A stretch of 57,495 nucleotides of DNA from the IMG/VR virus record IMGVR_UViG_3300034071_002361, positions 1 through 57,495 of that record; one strand, 5' to 3'. Origin of the DNA: a virus (Duplodnaviria; Caudoviricetes). Every line of letters starts with the position of its first letter. The stretch's first letter is position 1. This document shows, one piece after another, positions 15,752-24,437 of this stretch. A program made the position numbers and the translations under genes. The notes beneath the pieces were generated by a model that worked only from the letters and a program-made list of their open reading frames with translations, was not told the DNA's origin and did not search any database.

Positions 15752-17209
15752 ATGAGCGGAATCCGCCAAGTAGGCCGCACGGGCGAAATCGCAGACGTCA
15801 ATACCGCAGGCGAGCAGCTTGTCGTGCTTCCGAACGTGCATGAGCGCGTCGGCAGCATTCGCTCCCACAGCGAGAACGACAGCGGCGAGCTGACCGGCGA
15901 CCCGTACCTCAAGTCGGCCGAGACGTCTCGCGACTACCGACTTCGCGTCGGCATCGACACGATGCTGCACTACGACGAGTTCAATGCAACGTCGCACAAC
16001 ACGACGAACAATCGCCACGTCTTCGTCGGCATGACGGCAACGCAGGCTGGCGGCGCGATGCTGCTCAATGCGAACAGCAACTTGACCGCGGCGAACGGCG
16101 TGCAGCACACGACGTGGCGGCAGTTCCCGATCATCGACACTGCGCCGCTCTACACGAACGACACGCTCAGCTTCACCGCTGCGCCGCTGGCCAATCAGGT
16201 CGTGGAGTTCGGCCTGTTCCCGCACGGCACCGGCATCGCAGCGCCGACCGATGGCGTGTACTTCCGCTACACCTCGGCTGGCTTGTTCGGTGTCCTCAAC
16301 TACAACGGCGTCGAAACGTCATCCGCAGCCTTCCCGATTCCCGGCGGCACGATCCCGGCGAACGACACGCGCAAGTACACCATCGTGCCCGGCGAGAAGG
16401 CTGTCGAGTTCTGGATGGACGACAAGCTGCTGGGCGAGGTCGTCGTCCCGGCGGCGAACGGCAAGTTCTGCCTGAGCGGCGCACTGCCCAAGTCGATCCA
16501 GTTCCGTAACACTGGCACCGTGACTGGCGCGCCGGTCATGCAGGCCAAGCTCAACGACTGGAGCGTGTCGCTCGCCGACATCGCCACCAACAAGACGTGG
16601 GCCGGGCAGATGGCCTCGATGGGCCTGTCGGCCTATCAGGGCCAGAACGGCGGCACCATCGGCCAGACCGCCCAGTGGGCGAACACCGCCCTGCCCACCG
16701 CCGCTGCCGGCACCAACACCACCGCGGCGCTCGGCACCGGCCTCGGCGGCATCTTCCAGCTCAACGCTCCGGCCACGTCGGCCACCGACGTCATCATCAG
16801 CTCCTTTGCGAACCCGGTCGGAGGCGTGAACCAGACGCCGCGAACGCTGATCCTGCGTGGCGTGTGGATCCACGCAGCCAACGCTGGTGCCGCGGTCGCC
16901 ACCACGCCGACGACATACGCCCTCGCCTGTGCGTTCGGCCACACCGCGCTGACGCTGGCCACCACCGAGACGGCATCGTTCGCCACTGCGACGGCCAAGG
17001 CTCCGCGCCGCATGCCGCTGGGCATCATGTCGTTCCCGGTTGGCGCGCCCATCGGCGCAATCGCCAACGCCGTGCAGGTGGACTTCGAGGCCCCTGTCGT
17101 CGTCAACCCCGGCGAGTTCGTGGCCATCGTGGCCAAGATCCTCACCGGCACCGCGACCGCCTCGCAGGTCACGCAGTTCGTGATCGGCTTCAACGGCTAC
17201 TGGGAGTAA
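15752..17209 (+). CDS. Virion structural protein, beta-rich (receptor-binding candidate)
   Basis: 485 aa, T/A/G-rich; GAGG SD; lies in the fibre cluster. Confidence 0.65.
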   Translation: MSGIRQVGRTGEIADVNTAGEQLVVLPNVHERVGSIRSHSENDSGELTGDPYLKSAETSRDYRLRVGIDTMLHYDEFNATSHNTTNNRHVFVGMTATQAGGAMLLNANSNLTAANGVQHTTWRQFPIIDTAPLYTNDTLSFTAAPLANQVVEFGLFPHGTGIAAPTDGVYFRYTSAGLFGVLNYNGVETSSAAFPIPGGTIPANDTRKYTIVPGEKAVEFWMDDKLLGEVVVPAANGKFCLSGALPKSIQFRNTGTVTGAPVMQAKLNDWSVSLADIATNKTWAGQMASMGLSAYQGQNGGTIGQTAQWANTALPTAAAGTNTTAALGTGLGGIFQLNAPATSATDVIISSFANPVGGVNQTPRTLILRGVWIHAANAGAAVATTPTTYALACAFGHTALTLATTETASFATATAKAPRRMPLGIMSFPVGAPIGAIANAVQVDFEAPVVVNPGEFVAIVAKILTGTATASQVTQFVIGFNGYWE

Positions 17210-17212
17210 TCC

Positions 17213-17632
17213 TTGGACGTCACCCTCTCCAGCCTTCTCGGCGGATTGCAGCTTGGCTCCGCGACGCCGCAGCCGCTGGGCACGGCTGGAGCTGGGTCGT
17301 CCATCTTTGCGGCGCGACAGGACCATGTGCATGCCATGCCCAACGCAGCGGCTGTCGGCGCCGACCCTGCCGGCACTGGCGCGGCACAGGCTGCTGCCGC
17401 CGTGGCGGGCCACACGGCGCTTGCGGACCCGCACCCGCAGTACCTGACCCCGGCAGAGGGCAACGCCGCATACGAGGCCATTGGCGCTGCGGCAGCGGCC
17501 ATTACCGCCCACACCTCGGCCGGCGATCCGCACTCGCAGTACCTGACGCAGGCCGAGGCCGACGCGCTGTACGCACCAGCAACGACGTCCGGCGCCCCCG
17601 GCTTTCTTCTCCTTGACCGAGGCATCCACTGA
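17213..17632 (+). CDS. Tail-fibre fragment with H...DPH.QY repeats
   Basis: ARQDHVH, HTALADPHPQYL, HTSAGDPHSQYL fibre motifs; TTG start with GGAG SD. Confidence 0.65.
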   Translation: MDVTLSSLLGGLQLGSATPQPLGTAGAGSSIFAARQDHVHAMPNAAAVGADPAGTGAAQAAAAVAGHTALADPHPQYLTPAEGNAAYEAIGAAAAAITAHTSAGDPHSQYLTQAEADALYAPATTSGAPGFLLLDRGIH

Positions 17633-18024
17633 TGGCCACCACTCCGAATTACGCTTCGACGCCGCGCAGTGCCGTCGCGCAGATCAGCGCGGCCAACACT
17701 GCGCGCGACGGCACCGGCACCATTGTGTCCGTCATCACCGGCGGCACCAACGGCACGCGCGTCGAGGACATCACCGTGCAGGCGACAGCGACCACGACCG
17801 GCGGCATGGTGCGCCTGTTCCTCTCGCTCGATGGCGGCACGACCAATCGCTTGATCCGCGAGATCCCGGTCACCGCAATCACGCCGAGCGCAACCACTGC
17901 CGCGTTTCGCGCCGACCTCACCGACCTCGGCATCGTCCTCCCGAACAACACCGCGGTGCTCCGTGCGGCGACCAACAACGCGGAGGCGTTCAACGTCATC
18001 GTCAGCCGCGCCGGGGACTTCTGA
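17632..18024 (+). CDS. Fibre-associated structural protein
   Basis: ANTARDGTGTIV...GTRVE..T.QA motif; coupled ORF. Confidence 0.65.
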   Translation: MATTPNYASTPRSAVAQISAANTARDGTGTIVSVITGGTNGTRVEDITVQATATTTGGMVRLFLSLDGGTTNRLIREIPVTAITPSATTAAFRADLTDLGIVLPNNTAVLRAATNNAEAFNVIVSRAGDF

Positions 18025-18407
18025 TGAACTTCGGCCACTTCGCCGGGATCAACGGCCTAGCCCCGTTCGACCGGGGCGATGGCCGAGGCAACGTGCGCGA
18101 CCTCCCTCCGCGACTGGTCAACACCACGTTCACCTTCACCAAGCGCGACAGGGGCGTCGCGTACTGGAACACGAGTACGTCGGGGATCACGCTCAACATC
18201 CCTGACGAGCGCGTCTTCGGACGATTCCCCAACGGGTTCTCGCTCGCGCTGTTCACCGGCAGCTCGAGTGGCACGATCACTGTGCAGGGCCCGGCCGGCG
18301 TCACCATCCTCGAGGGGACGGGCACGGGCTCGTTCGTCATCCCGGCTGGCTCGTCGCGCCTGCTGGCCAAGATCCCCGACACGCTCAACCAGTGGAGGCT
18401 CTGGTGA
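18024..18407 (+). CDS. Fibre-associated protein
   Basis: MNFGHFAG...; TGATG coupling; ends NQWRLW. Confidence 0.6.
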   Translation: MNFGHFAGINGLAPFDRGDGRGNVRDLPPRLVNTTFTFTKRDRGVAYWNTSTSGITLNIPDERVFGRFPNGFSLALFTGSSSGTITVQGPAGVTILEGTGTGSFVIPAGSSRLLAKIPDTLNQWRLW

Positions 18408-19063
18408 GTACCATCAAGGGCGTGATCCGCCGACGCTCTGGCCCGCCGATCATCGATGACCTCGGGAAGACGTGGGTCGCCACCGGCTCAGCGGTGATCA
18501 CCACCGCGCTATCGAAGTTCGGCACTGGCTGCTTGGACATCAGCAGCGCTTCGGGCGACAGCATCACCACGACATCGGGTATGACTGACTACCAGCTCCC
18601 GTCGAACACCGCGTTCTGCTTCGACTTCTGGCTCTACGTCCCGACGCTAAGCGCTGGCGTGATCTTCACCGGCGAGGGGACGAACGCTGTCGGCCTGAAG
18701 ATGAACGCATCGGGCGCACTCACCCCGCTGGAGTTCGGCGTCGGCGACTACTACACGACGTCGAATGCGCTCGTCGCAAACACATGGCAGTACATCGCGT
18801 TCTTCAGGAATGCGTCGAACGTGTCGAACGTCTGCGTCAATGGTTCGGTGGTTGGCAGCGGAAGCATGCCTTCGTCGTTCGGCACGCCATCCGTGTTCAA
18901 CATCGGCGCGTACTCTGCCGGCGGCGCAGAGAACGCTGCGTGCTTTGTTGACGACTTCCGCTATGCCAAGGGGAATGCCCGGTACACGGGCGCGCACAGC
19001 TCGCCAGTTTCAGAAGCGACCGCGGATACCGGCGTAGTTTCACTGCTTCGATTCAACGCATAG
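18404..19063 (+). CDS. LamG/concanavalin A-like domain protein
   Basis: SKFGTG...F.FDFWLY...NTWQYIAFFR...VNG...IG...VDDFRY.KG.ARYT. Confidence 0.8.
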   Translation: MSTIKGVIRRRSGPPIIDDLGKTWVATGSAVITTALSKFGTGCLDISSASGDSITTTSGMTDYQLPSNTAFCFDFWLYVPTLSAGVIFTGEGTNAVGLKMNASGALTPLEFGVGDYYTTSNALVANTWQYIAFFRNASNVSNVCVNGSVVGSGSMPSSFGTPSVFNIGAYSAGGAENAACFVDDFRYAKGNARYTGAHSSPVSEATADTGVVSLLRFNA

Positions 19064-19071
19064 GTGCATCA

Positions 19072-19398
19072 ATGAACAAGCGCATCATCGACGTCAACGA
19101 GCACGTCTCGAGCGAATCACTGTCGACGACGACGGTTATCTCGTGGCAGCCCACCGCTGGCCCGCAGGCTGCGACGATCACCTTCCAGTGCTCGCGCTTC
19201 TTCCAGTACAAGATCGACGGCAGCTACTTCGGAGCGCCTCAGTCCGATGGCGCGATCACCGTGACTGCTGGCCAGCTCGTAGGCCGCATGATCCCGGTGA
19301 TGCTCCCGGGCGGCGAAATCATCGGCGAGCAGCCGGCCGAGCTATTCGACGGCATGCTGCGCGGCCTGTTCCACATGCTCTACAACGAGATGCGCTGA
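19072..19398 (+). CDS. Hypothetical protein (tail-fibre assembly-like)
   Basis: 108-aa ORF in the fibre cluster. Confidence 0.55.
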   Translation: MNKRIIDVNEHVSSESLSTTTVISWQPTAGPQAATITFQCSRFFQYKIDGSYFGAPQSDGAITVTAGQLVGRMIPVMLPGGEIIGEQPAELFDGMLRGLFHMLYNEMR

Positions 19399-19811
19399 TG
19401 GACGGTCCGGCCATTGCCACGCCGATCGAGGATGCGCTTCTCGAGGAGTACGCCATCAAGGGCTGGGATCGCCGAGGGCGCCTGACCAAGATCGGCGACG
19501 CCATCAGCCAGCTGTTCAACGCAGCCTCTGGCGGGGCGCCTGACGAGTCCCTCTCCGGACGCAGCTACTGGAAGTGCGAGCTGTCCGCCAACCCACCCCT
19601 GCGCTGGCGCATCGTGCGCTGGTGCGCCGAGGCGATCTTCTTCTGGCAGGGAGGAAACCACTGCCAGCTCGCTTTCTGGGAGGACATCTACCGCTCCCGG
19701 GCCCGCGGCACGGCGGCCGAGCTGCTTGGCCGTGCCATCGAGTTGCGCACGTGGGGGGAGCAGGGCAGCCTCCGCGACGCAACGGCCAGCACCCACGAGG
19801 AAACGCCATGA
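19398..19811 (+). CDS. Conserved phage protein (SQL.N...GG.PDESLSGR...NHC motif)
   Basis: Motif typical of small proteins next to tail-fibre genes. Confidence 0.65.
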   Translation: MDGPAIATPIEDALLEEYAIKGWDRRGRLTKIGDAISQLFNAASGGAPDESLSGRSYWKCELSANPPLRWRIVRWCAEAIFFWQGGNHCQLAFWEDIYRSRARGTAAELLGRAIELRTWGEQGSLRDATASTHEETP

Positions 19812-20104
19812 CCTGCATCACCATCCACTCGCCGGCAACCGCGGCCGCCATCGGCGGCATCGTCGACCTGACGAACTACGACGACGGCATGCTGTTCGCT
19901 GATGGCCTCGCCGGCGCCGAGGAGGTCGACATCTTCGTGATGGGCGGCCAGACCCTCATCCCGTACACCGTCGGCACGACCGTGCAGAAGCTCACGGCCA
20001 CGGCGCCCATGCTCGTGCTGCAGCCCGGCGTCACCTACAGCGTCAGCAAGGACGCCACGGTGGGCGCCTGCGGCGTGTACGTCCACGTCTCGCCGAAGAA
20101 CTAA
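19808..20104 (+). CDS. Small structural protein
   Basis: GAGG SD; beta-rich 98 aa. Confidence 0.6.
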   Translation: MTCITIHSPATAAAIGGIVDLTNYDDGMLFADGLAGAEEVDIFVMGGQTLIPYTVGTTVQKLTATAPMLVLQPGVTYSVSKDATVGACGVYVHVSPKN

Positions 20105-20172
20105 ACAACGGCTCGGCGCGCGGTTCCGGCCCCGCGACGCGCTGAACTCAACCAGCCGGAGGAGAAACTCCC

Positions 20173-20388
20173 ATGGCACTTTCGCAAGCGAACATCGAAG
20201 CCCGCATGAAGCCGCACTTCCCGGGCGAGCAGGGCAAGCAGCTGGTCGCGATCCTCGTCGAGCTGAACGCAAACATCATCGCGATCAACACGTGGGGCGC
20301 GACGCTGGCGACCAAGCTCAACAACGACGCCACGGTCACCGACACCAACTACGCGTCGCCGAACATCGCGACCATCGGCCTCGGCTAA
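20173..20388 (+). CDS. Small virion protein (decoration/cement-like)
   Basis: GGAGGAG SD; TLATKLNNDATVTDTNYAS. Confidence 0.65.
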   Translation: MALSQANIEARMKPHFPGEQGKQLVAILVELNANIIAINTWGATLATKLNNDATVTDTNYASPNIATIGLG

Positions 20389-20391
20389 GCC

Positions 20392-22509
20392 ATGCCGCTA
20401 CCCCCGGGCATCGGACTCAACCCCAGCACGGGGGCTCTCTCCGGCGTGCCAACCACGCCGGGGACTTATTCGTTCACGCTGCGTGTCCGCGACTCCGCGG
20501 GCAACATGCGCGACCAGCCATCGTCGATCACGGTCTCCGCATACACGCCGCCGAGCCTTAGCGGAACGCTTGCGCAGTTCGCAAACCGCACGGTGTCGTA
20601 CAGCAGTGGCCTCACCGTCAGCGATGGCGTAGCTCCGTTCACGTGGTCTATTGCCTCTGGGGCACTCCCCACTGGCATGACCATCAATGCGGCGACTGGC
20701 GTGATCAGCGGCACGCCGACCGACACCAGCTACACCGACCGGAACATCACGGTTCGCGTCGTCGATGCCAATGGATCTGCTGCGCAAAGCGCGCAGACCA
20801 TTCGCTACGCCAACGTCCTCCTGCTCAGTGGCAGCCTTGACGCTGGCGTCCAGAGCAGCGGCTACAGCGACGGCTTCGATCGCAGTGGCGGCCACAGCCC
20901 GTTCACCTTCGCCATCACCAGCGGCACCTTGCCGTCGGGCCTGACGTTCAACACCAACACCGGCCTGATCACCGGCATCCCTTCCGCGACCAGCTCGACC
21001 GCGCTCACCGTGCGGGTCACGGATGCCAGCGGCGCCACCTCGTCGGCCAGCGGCACGCTCACGATCAACAGCAGCTACGTGGCGATCGACATCACGGGCT
21101 CGGTGACGTCGAACACCCAGAACGTCGAGACGCTCTCGGCGTTCTCGATCACGCCGAACTACTCTGGCGTCGCGGTCACTGGCGGCAGCGGCAGCATCAC
21201 CTACTCGTGGGCCCGCGTGTCCGGAAGCACGGACATCAGCGCCGGCGCTCCGTCCTCGCTTGGCACCAGCTTCGTCGGGTCGGTCTCGCCCGGCGGCAAC
21301 GTGTCGGCGGTGTTCCGCCTCACGGCAACCGATGGCATCAGCAGCGACACGCTCGATGTCACCGTGACGGTCAACAACACCTACGTGACGCTCGCCCTCG
21401 ACGCGTCGTCGCTGCCTCGCTCGACGCGCACCGTTCCGTACGGCATCACCGTCGTCCGCTCCGGTGGCAAGTCGCCATTCACCTTCGCCGTCATCTCGGG
21501 CACCCTGCCGACCGGCATCACGCTCAACGCGTCGACTGGGCAGCTGTCCGGAACGCCGACCGACACCTCGTACACGACGCGCTCGCTCACCTTCCGCGTG
21601 ACCGATGCACTCGGCGCGACGGCTGACGCCAGCGGCTCGATCATCTACCGCAACTTCCCGGCATTCACCTTCGCGTTCCCGCCGGCGATGCGGACCCGTT
21701 CCTACGACACGACGCAGCTCGCGCCGTCGACGTTCCACACCCCGGGCACGTTCTCGCTCATCGGCGGCACCCCGCCGACGGGCATCTCGTTTACGGGCGG
21801 CTCCAGCTTCAGCCTGAGCGGTACGCCGACGGACACGAGCTACACCGATCGCACGCTGACGATTCGTTACGTGGACGCGGCAGGCAACTTGGTGGACACC
21901 GACGGCACGCTGACCTACAAGGACAACGTCGCCATCTCGGGAACTTTCCCGGCGGCGAGTCAGGGCGTGTCCTACAGCAGCACCGCGCTGTCGGCCTCTG
22001 GCGGCTACGGCACCAACGTCTGGAGCGTGGCCAGCGGCTCGCTGCCGACAGGCCTCTCGCTCAACAGCAGCAATGGCGCGCTCACTGGAACGCCCAGCGC
22101 CGCCGGCACGTTCAGCTTCACTGTCCGCGTCACCGACGCTCAGGGCTTCACTGCCGACAGCGCGCAGAGCATCGCTGTCGCTGCCGCGCTATCGGTGTCG
22201 GTCAACGATGCAACGGCTTCGGGCTACGTCTTCAATCCGGAAAACCCGGGCACCGAGTTCGTCATTTCCTTCCCAGACACCGTGGCCACGGCCAGTGGCG
22301 GCACCGGCCCGTACACTTACGCGTGGACGCGCATCAGCGGGAGCGCGCTCATTACGGCGAACAACCCGTCGTCAGGCACGACGCTCTTCAGCGGCACCAT
22401 CGAGGTCGGCGTGACCACCGCCACGTTCCGAGTCACCGCCACCGACGCGGTGCTGGCCACCGCCACGACCGACGTCTCGGTCAGCCTCGAGTACGCGAAC
22501 GCGCTCTGA
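20392..22509 (+). CDS. Multi putative-Ig (He_PIG/cadherin-like) domain virion protein
   Basis: Repeated GG..PFTFA..SG.LP.G.TLN..TG.ISGTPT...T.RVTD units (~6-7 copies). Confidence 0.88.
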   Translation: MPLPPGIGLNPSTGALSGVPTTPGTYSFTLRVRDSAGNMRDQPSSITVSAYTPPSLSGTLAQFANRTVSYSSGLTVSDGVAPFTWSIASGALPTGMTINAATGVISGTPTDTSYTDRNITVRVVDANGSAAQSAQTIRYANVLLLSGSLDAGVQSSGYSDGFDRSGGHSPFTFAITSGTLPSGLTFNTNTGLITGIPSATSSTALTVRVTDASGATSSASGTLTINSSYVAIDITGSVTSNTQNVETLSAFSITPNYSGVAVTGGSGSITYSWARVSGSTDISAGAPSSLGTSFVGSVSPGGNVSAVFRLTATDGISSDTLDVTVTVNNTYVTLALDASSLPRSTRTVPYGITVVRSGGKSPFTFAVISGTLPTGITLNASTGQLSGTPTDTSYTTRSLTFRVTDALGATADASGSIIYRNFPAFTFAFPPAMRTRSYDTTQLAPSTFHTPGTFSLIGGTPPTGISFTGGSSFSLSGTPTDTSYTDRTLTIRYVDAAGNLVDTDGTLTYKDNVAISGTFPAASQGVSYSSTALSASGGYGTNVWSVASGSLPTGLSLNSSNGALTGTPSAAGTFSFTVRVTDAQGFTADSAQSIAVAAALSVSVNDATASGYVFNPENPGTEFVISFPDTVATASGGTGPYTYAWTRISGSALITANNPSSGTTLFSGTIEVGVTTATFRVTATDAVLATATTDVSVSLEYANAL

Positions 22510-22510
22510 C

Positions 22511-22984
22511 ATGGCCGGCCTATCTGCCACCCGCCTGCTCGACGCCCGGCGCTGGACTCGCGAGCAGGCCGAGTCGCTTCTAGGGCTGCTCAGGCTTCGC
22601 CCTACGACGTTCGCCATGCTGGTCGGCAGTTCCACGTGGACCAACATGCCGGCGGCCCTCACGCCGCTTCTGGGGCGTCCTGCTGGCGGCATACCGCTGG
22701 ACATGTCCGAGTACACCCAGATCCGCCTGACGGGCGTGGTGACCACCGCAGGCTCGTCTGGCGCCGTGCTGCAGGCCCGGCTCGCGACGACCGCGCCACT
22801 GGTCGCCGGCAGCTACGCGGCCATCCTCGCCTCGGCATCAATCGCCAGCACCGGGATATTGGATACCGGCTGGCAGTCGGTCAGCGTAGCCTCGCGCGTC
22901 GCCGGCTTTGTCGACGTCCTTGGTTCCGGGGGTGACGGCGCGGCCGACCCTGTCCTCGGAGCCCTGACGCTGTGGGTACGCTGA
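22511..22984 (+). CDS. Hypothetical structural protein
   Basis: 157-aa ORF between the Ig protein and TerL. Confidence 0.55.
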   Translation: MAGLSATRLLDARRWTREQAESLLGLLRLRPTTFAMLVGSSTWTNMPAALTPLLGRPAGGIPLDMSEYTQIRLTGVVTTAGSSGAVLQARLATTAPLVAGSYAAILASASIASTGILDTGWQSVSVASRVAGFVDVLGSGGDGAADPVLGALTLWVR

Positions 22985-24429
22985 ACCTCGACATCGAAGA
23001 GCTTCAGGATCTTGACCTCGACCAGCTGCTGGAGGCCGAGGCCGAATGGCTGCGCTACAACCAGCTCGAGCAGATCTACAGCGAAGACGGCCCGTTCGGG
23101 ATCAGCAAGTACGCCAAGCACCGCGAGATCTTCGAGGCCACCGCGAAGTACGACCACGTGTGCGCCATGGGCGGCAACGGCACCGGCAAGACGTACGGCA
23201 TCGGCGGCTACCTCACGACGCTCCACCTGACCGGCCTGTACCCGCGGTGGTGGAAGGGGCTGCGCTTCCCATACCCGATCAAGGCGCGCGCCTGTGGCGA
23301 CACCCGGCAGACGATGCGCGAGGTCATCCAGCCCGTGCTGTTCGGCGACTTCGCCGAGAAGGGCGAGGAGTTCTACGGCACAGGCCTGATCCCTCGGCAC
23401 CTGCTCCTCAAGCGCAAGATCGTCAGCAACACCAACGGCCTCATCGACTACGCGGCCATCCGCCACGTGCCAAGCAACGGCATCTCGACGCTGCAGCTTC
23501 GCGCCTACGAGCAGGGCCGCGAAGCGTTTCAGGGAACCAAGTTCCACTGGATCTGGGAGGACGAGGAGCCGGACAACGAGATCCACGAAGAGAACGAGAT
23601 GCGAGGCCGTGGTGTCGACGGCAAGATCCTGCTCACGTTCACCCCGCTGTCTGGATTCTCCGAGGTCGTCGAGAGCTTCCTGAAGTTCGAAGAGACGAAC
23701 AAGCAGGGCGGAAGCATGTACTGCGCGCACATCGCGTGGAACGACGTGCCTCACCTGACCGAAGAGTGGAAGCGCAAGCGCCTCGCGAAGATGAAGCCGC
23801 ATCTTCGCAAGAGCCGCGTCTTCGGCATCCCATCCGGCGGCGACGCAATGGTGTACCCAGTGGACGAAGAATTCATCATCTGCAAGCCGTTCCCGATCCC
23901 TGATCACTTCCGTCGCGTCGCTGGTTTCGACCACGGCTGGCACAACACCGCCGCGGTCTGGGTTGCCTACGACAAGGACGAGGACATGGCCTACATCTAC
24001 GGCGAGTACAAGCGCGGCGAGGTCACGATCGAAGTGCATGCCACTGCGCTCAAGGCGCGCGGCGCGTGGATTCCGTTTCTCGGGGACAGCTCGGCGCGCG
24101 ATAGCGACGGAACGCAGATCGTCAACAAGTACAAGACGCTGGGCGTGCGCATGCGACTGCCCGACAAGGCGGTCGATGCAGGCATCCAAGAAGTCCTCGA
24201 GCGGCTCGACAGTGGCCGCCTGAAGATCTTCAGCACCTGCCCGAAGTGGATCGAGGAGTACCGCCGCTACCGCTACAAGGCGGACACCAACGGCATCCCT
24301 CAGGTCGTGAAGCAGAACGACCACCTCATGGACGCAACGCGCTACGCCATCTACGCCGGCCTGAAAGTCGCCGAGCACAACCCCGGAACGCGCACGCCGC
24401 GTGACATCACCAGCAACATGACCTTCTGA
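22972..24429 (+). CDS. terL: Terminase large subunit (P22-like)
   Basis: Walker A GGNGTGKT, Walker B IWEDEEP, motif III LTFTPL, nuclease GFDHG and NDHLMDATRY. Confidence 0.95.
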   Translation: MGTLNLDIEELQDLDLDQLLEAEAEWLRYNQLEQIYSEDGPFGISKYAKHREIFEATAKYDHVCAMGGNGTGKTYGIGGYLTTLHLTGLYPRWWKGLRFPYPIKARACGDTRQTMREVIQPVLFGDFAEKGEEFYGTGLIPRHLLLKRKIVSNTNGLIDYAAIRHVPSNGISTLQLRAYEQGREAFQGTKFHWIWEDEEPDNEIHEENEMRGRGVDGKILLTFTPLSGFSEVVESFLKFEETNKQGGSMYCAHIAWNDVPHLTEEWKRKRLAKMKPHLRKSRVFGIPSGGDAMVYPVDEEFIICKPFPIPDHFRRVAGFDHGWHNTAAVWVAYDKDEDMAYIYGEYKRGEVTIEVHATALKARGAWIPFLGDSSARDSDGTQIVNKYKTLGVRMRLPDKAVDAGIQEVLERLDSGRLKIFSTCPKWIEEYRRYRYKADTNGIPQVVKQNDHLMDATRYAIYAGLKVAEHNPGTRTPRDITSNMTF

Positions 24430-24437
24430 GGACAGCC

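Noticed and set aside
17207-17215. Stop-codon readthrough fusing 15752-17209 with in-frame 17213-17632
   Set aside because: The downstream TTG has its own GGAG SD and TAA is rarely read through; no further support
20392-22509. Internal repeats as diversity-generating retroelement template/variable repeats
   Set aside because: No reverse transcriptase recognised and no adenine-specific near-identical repeat pair; the repeats are diverged Ig domains
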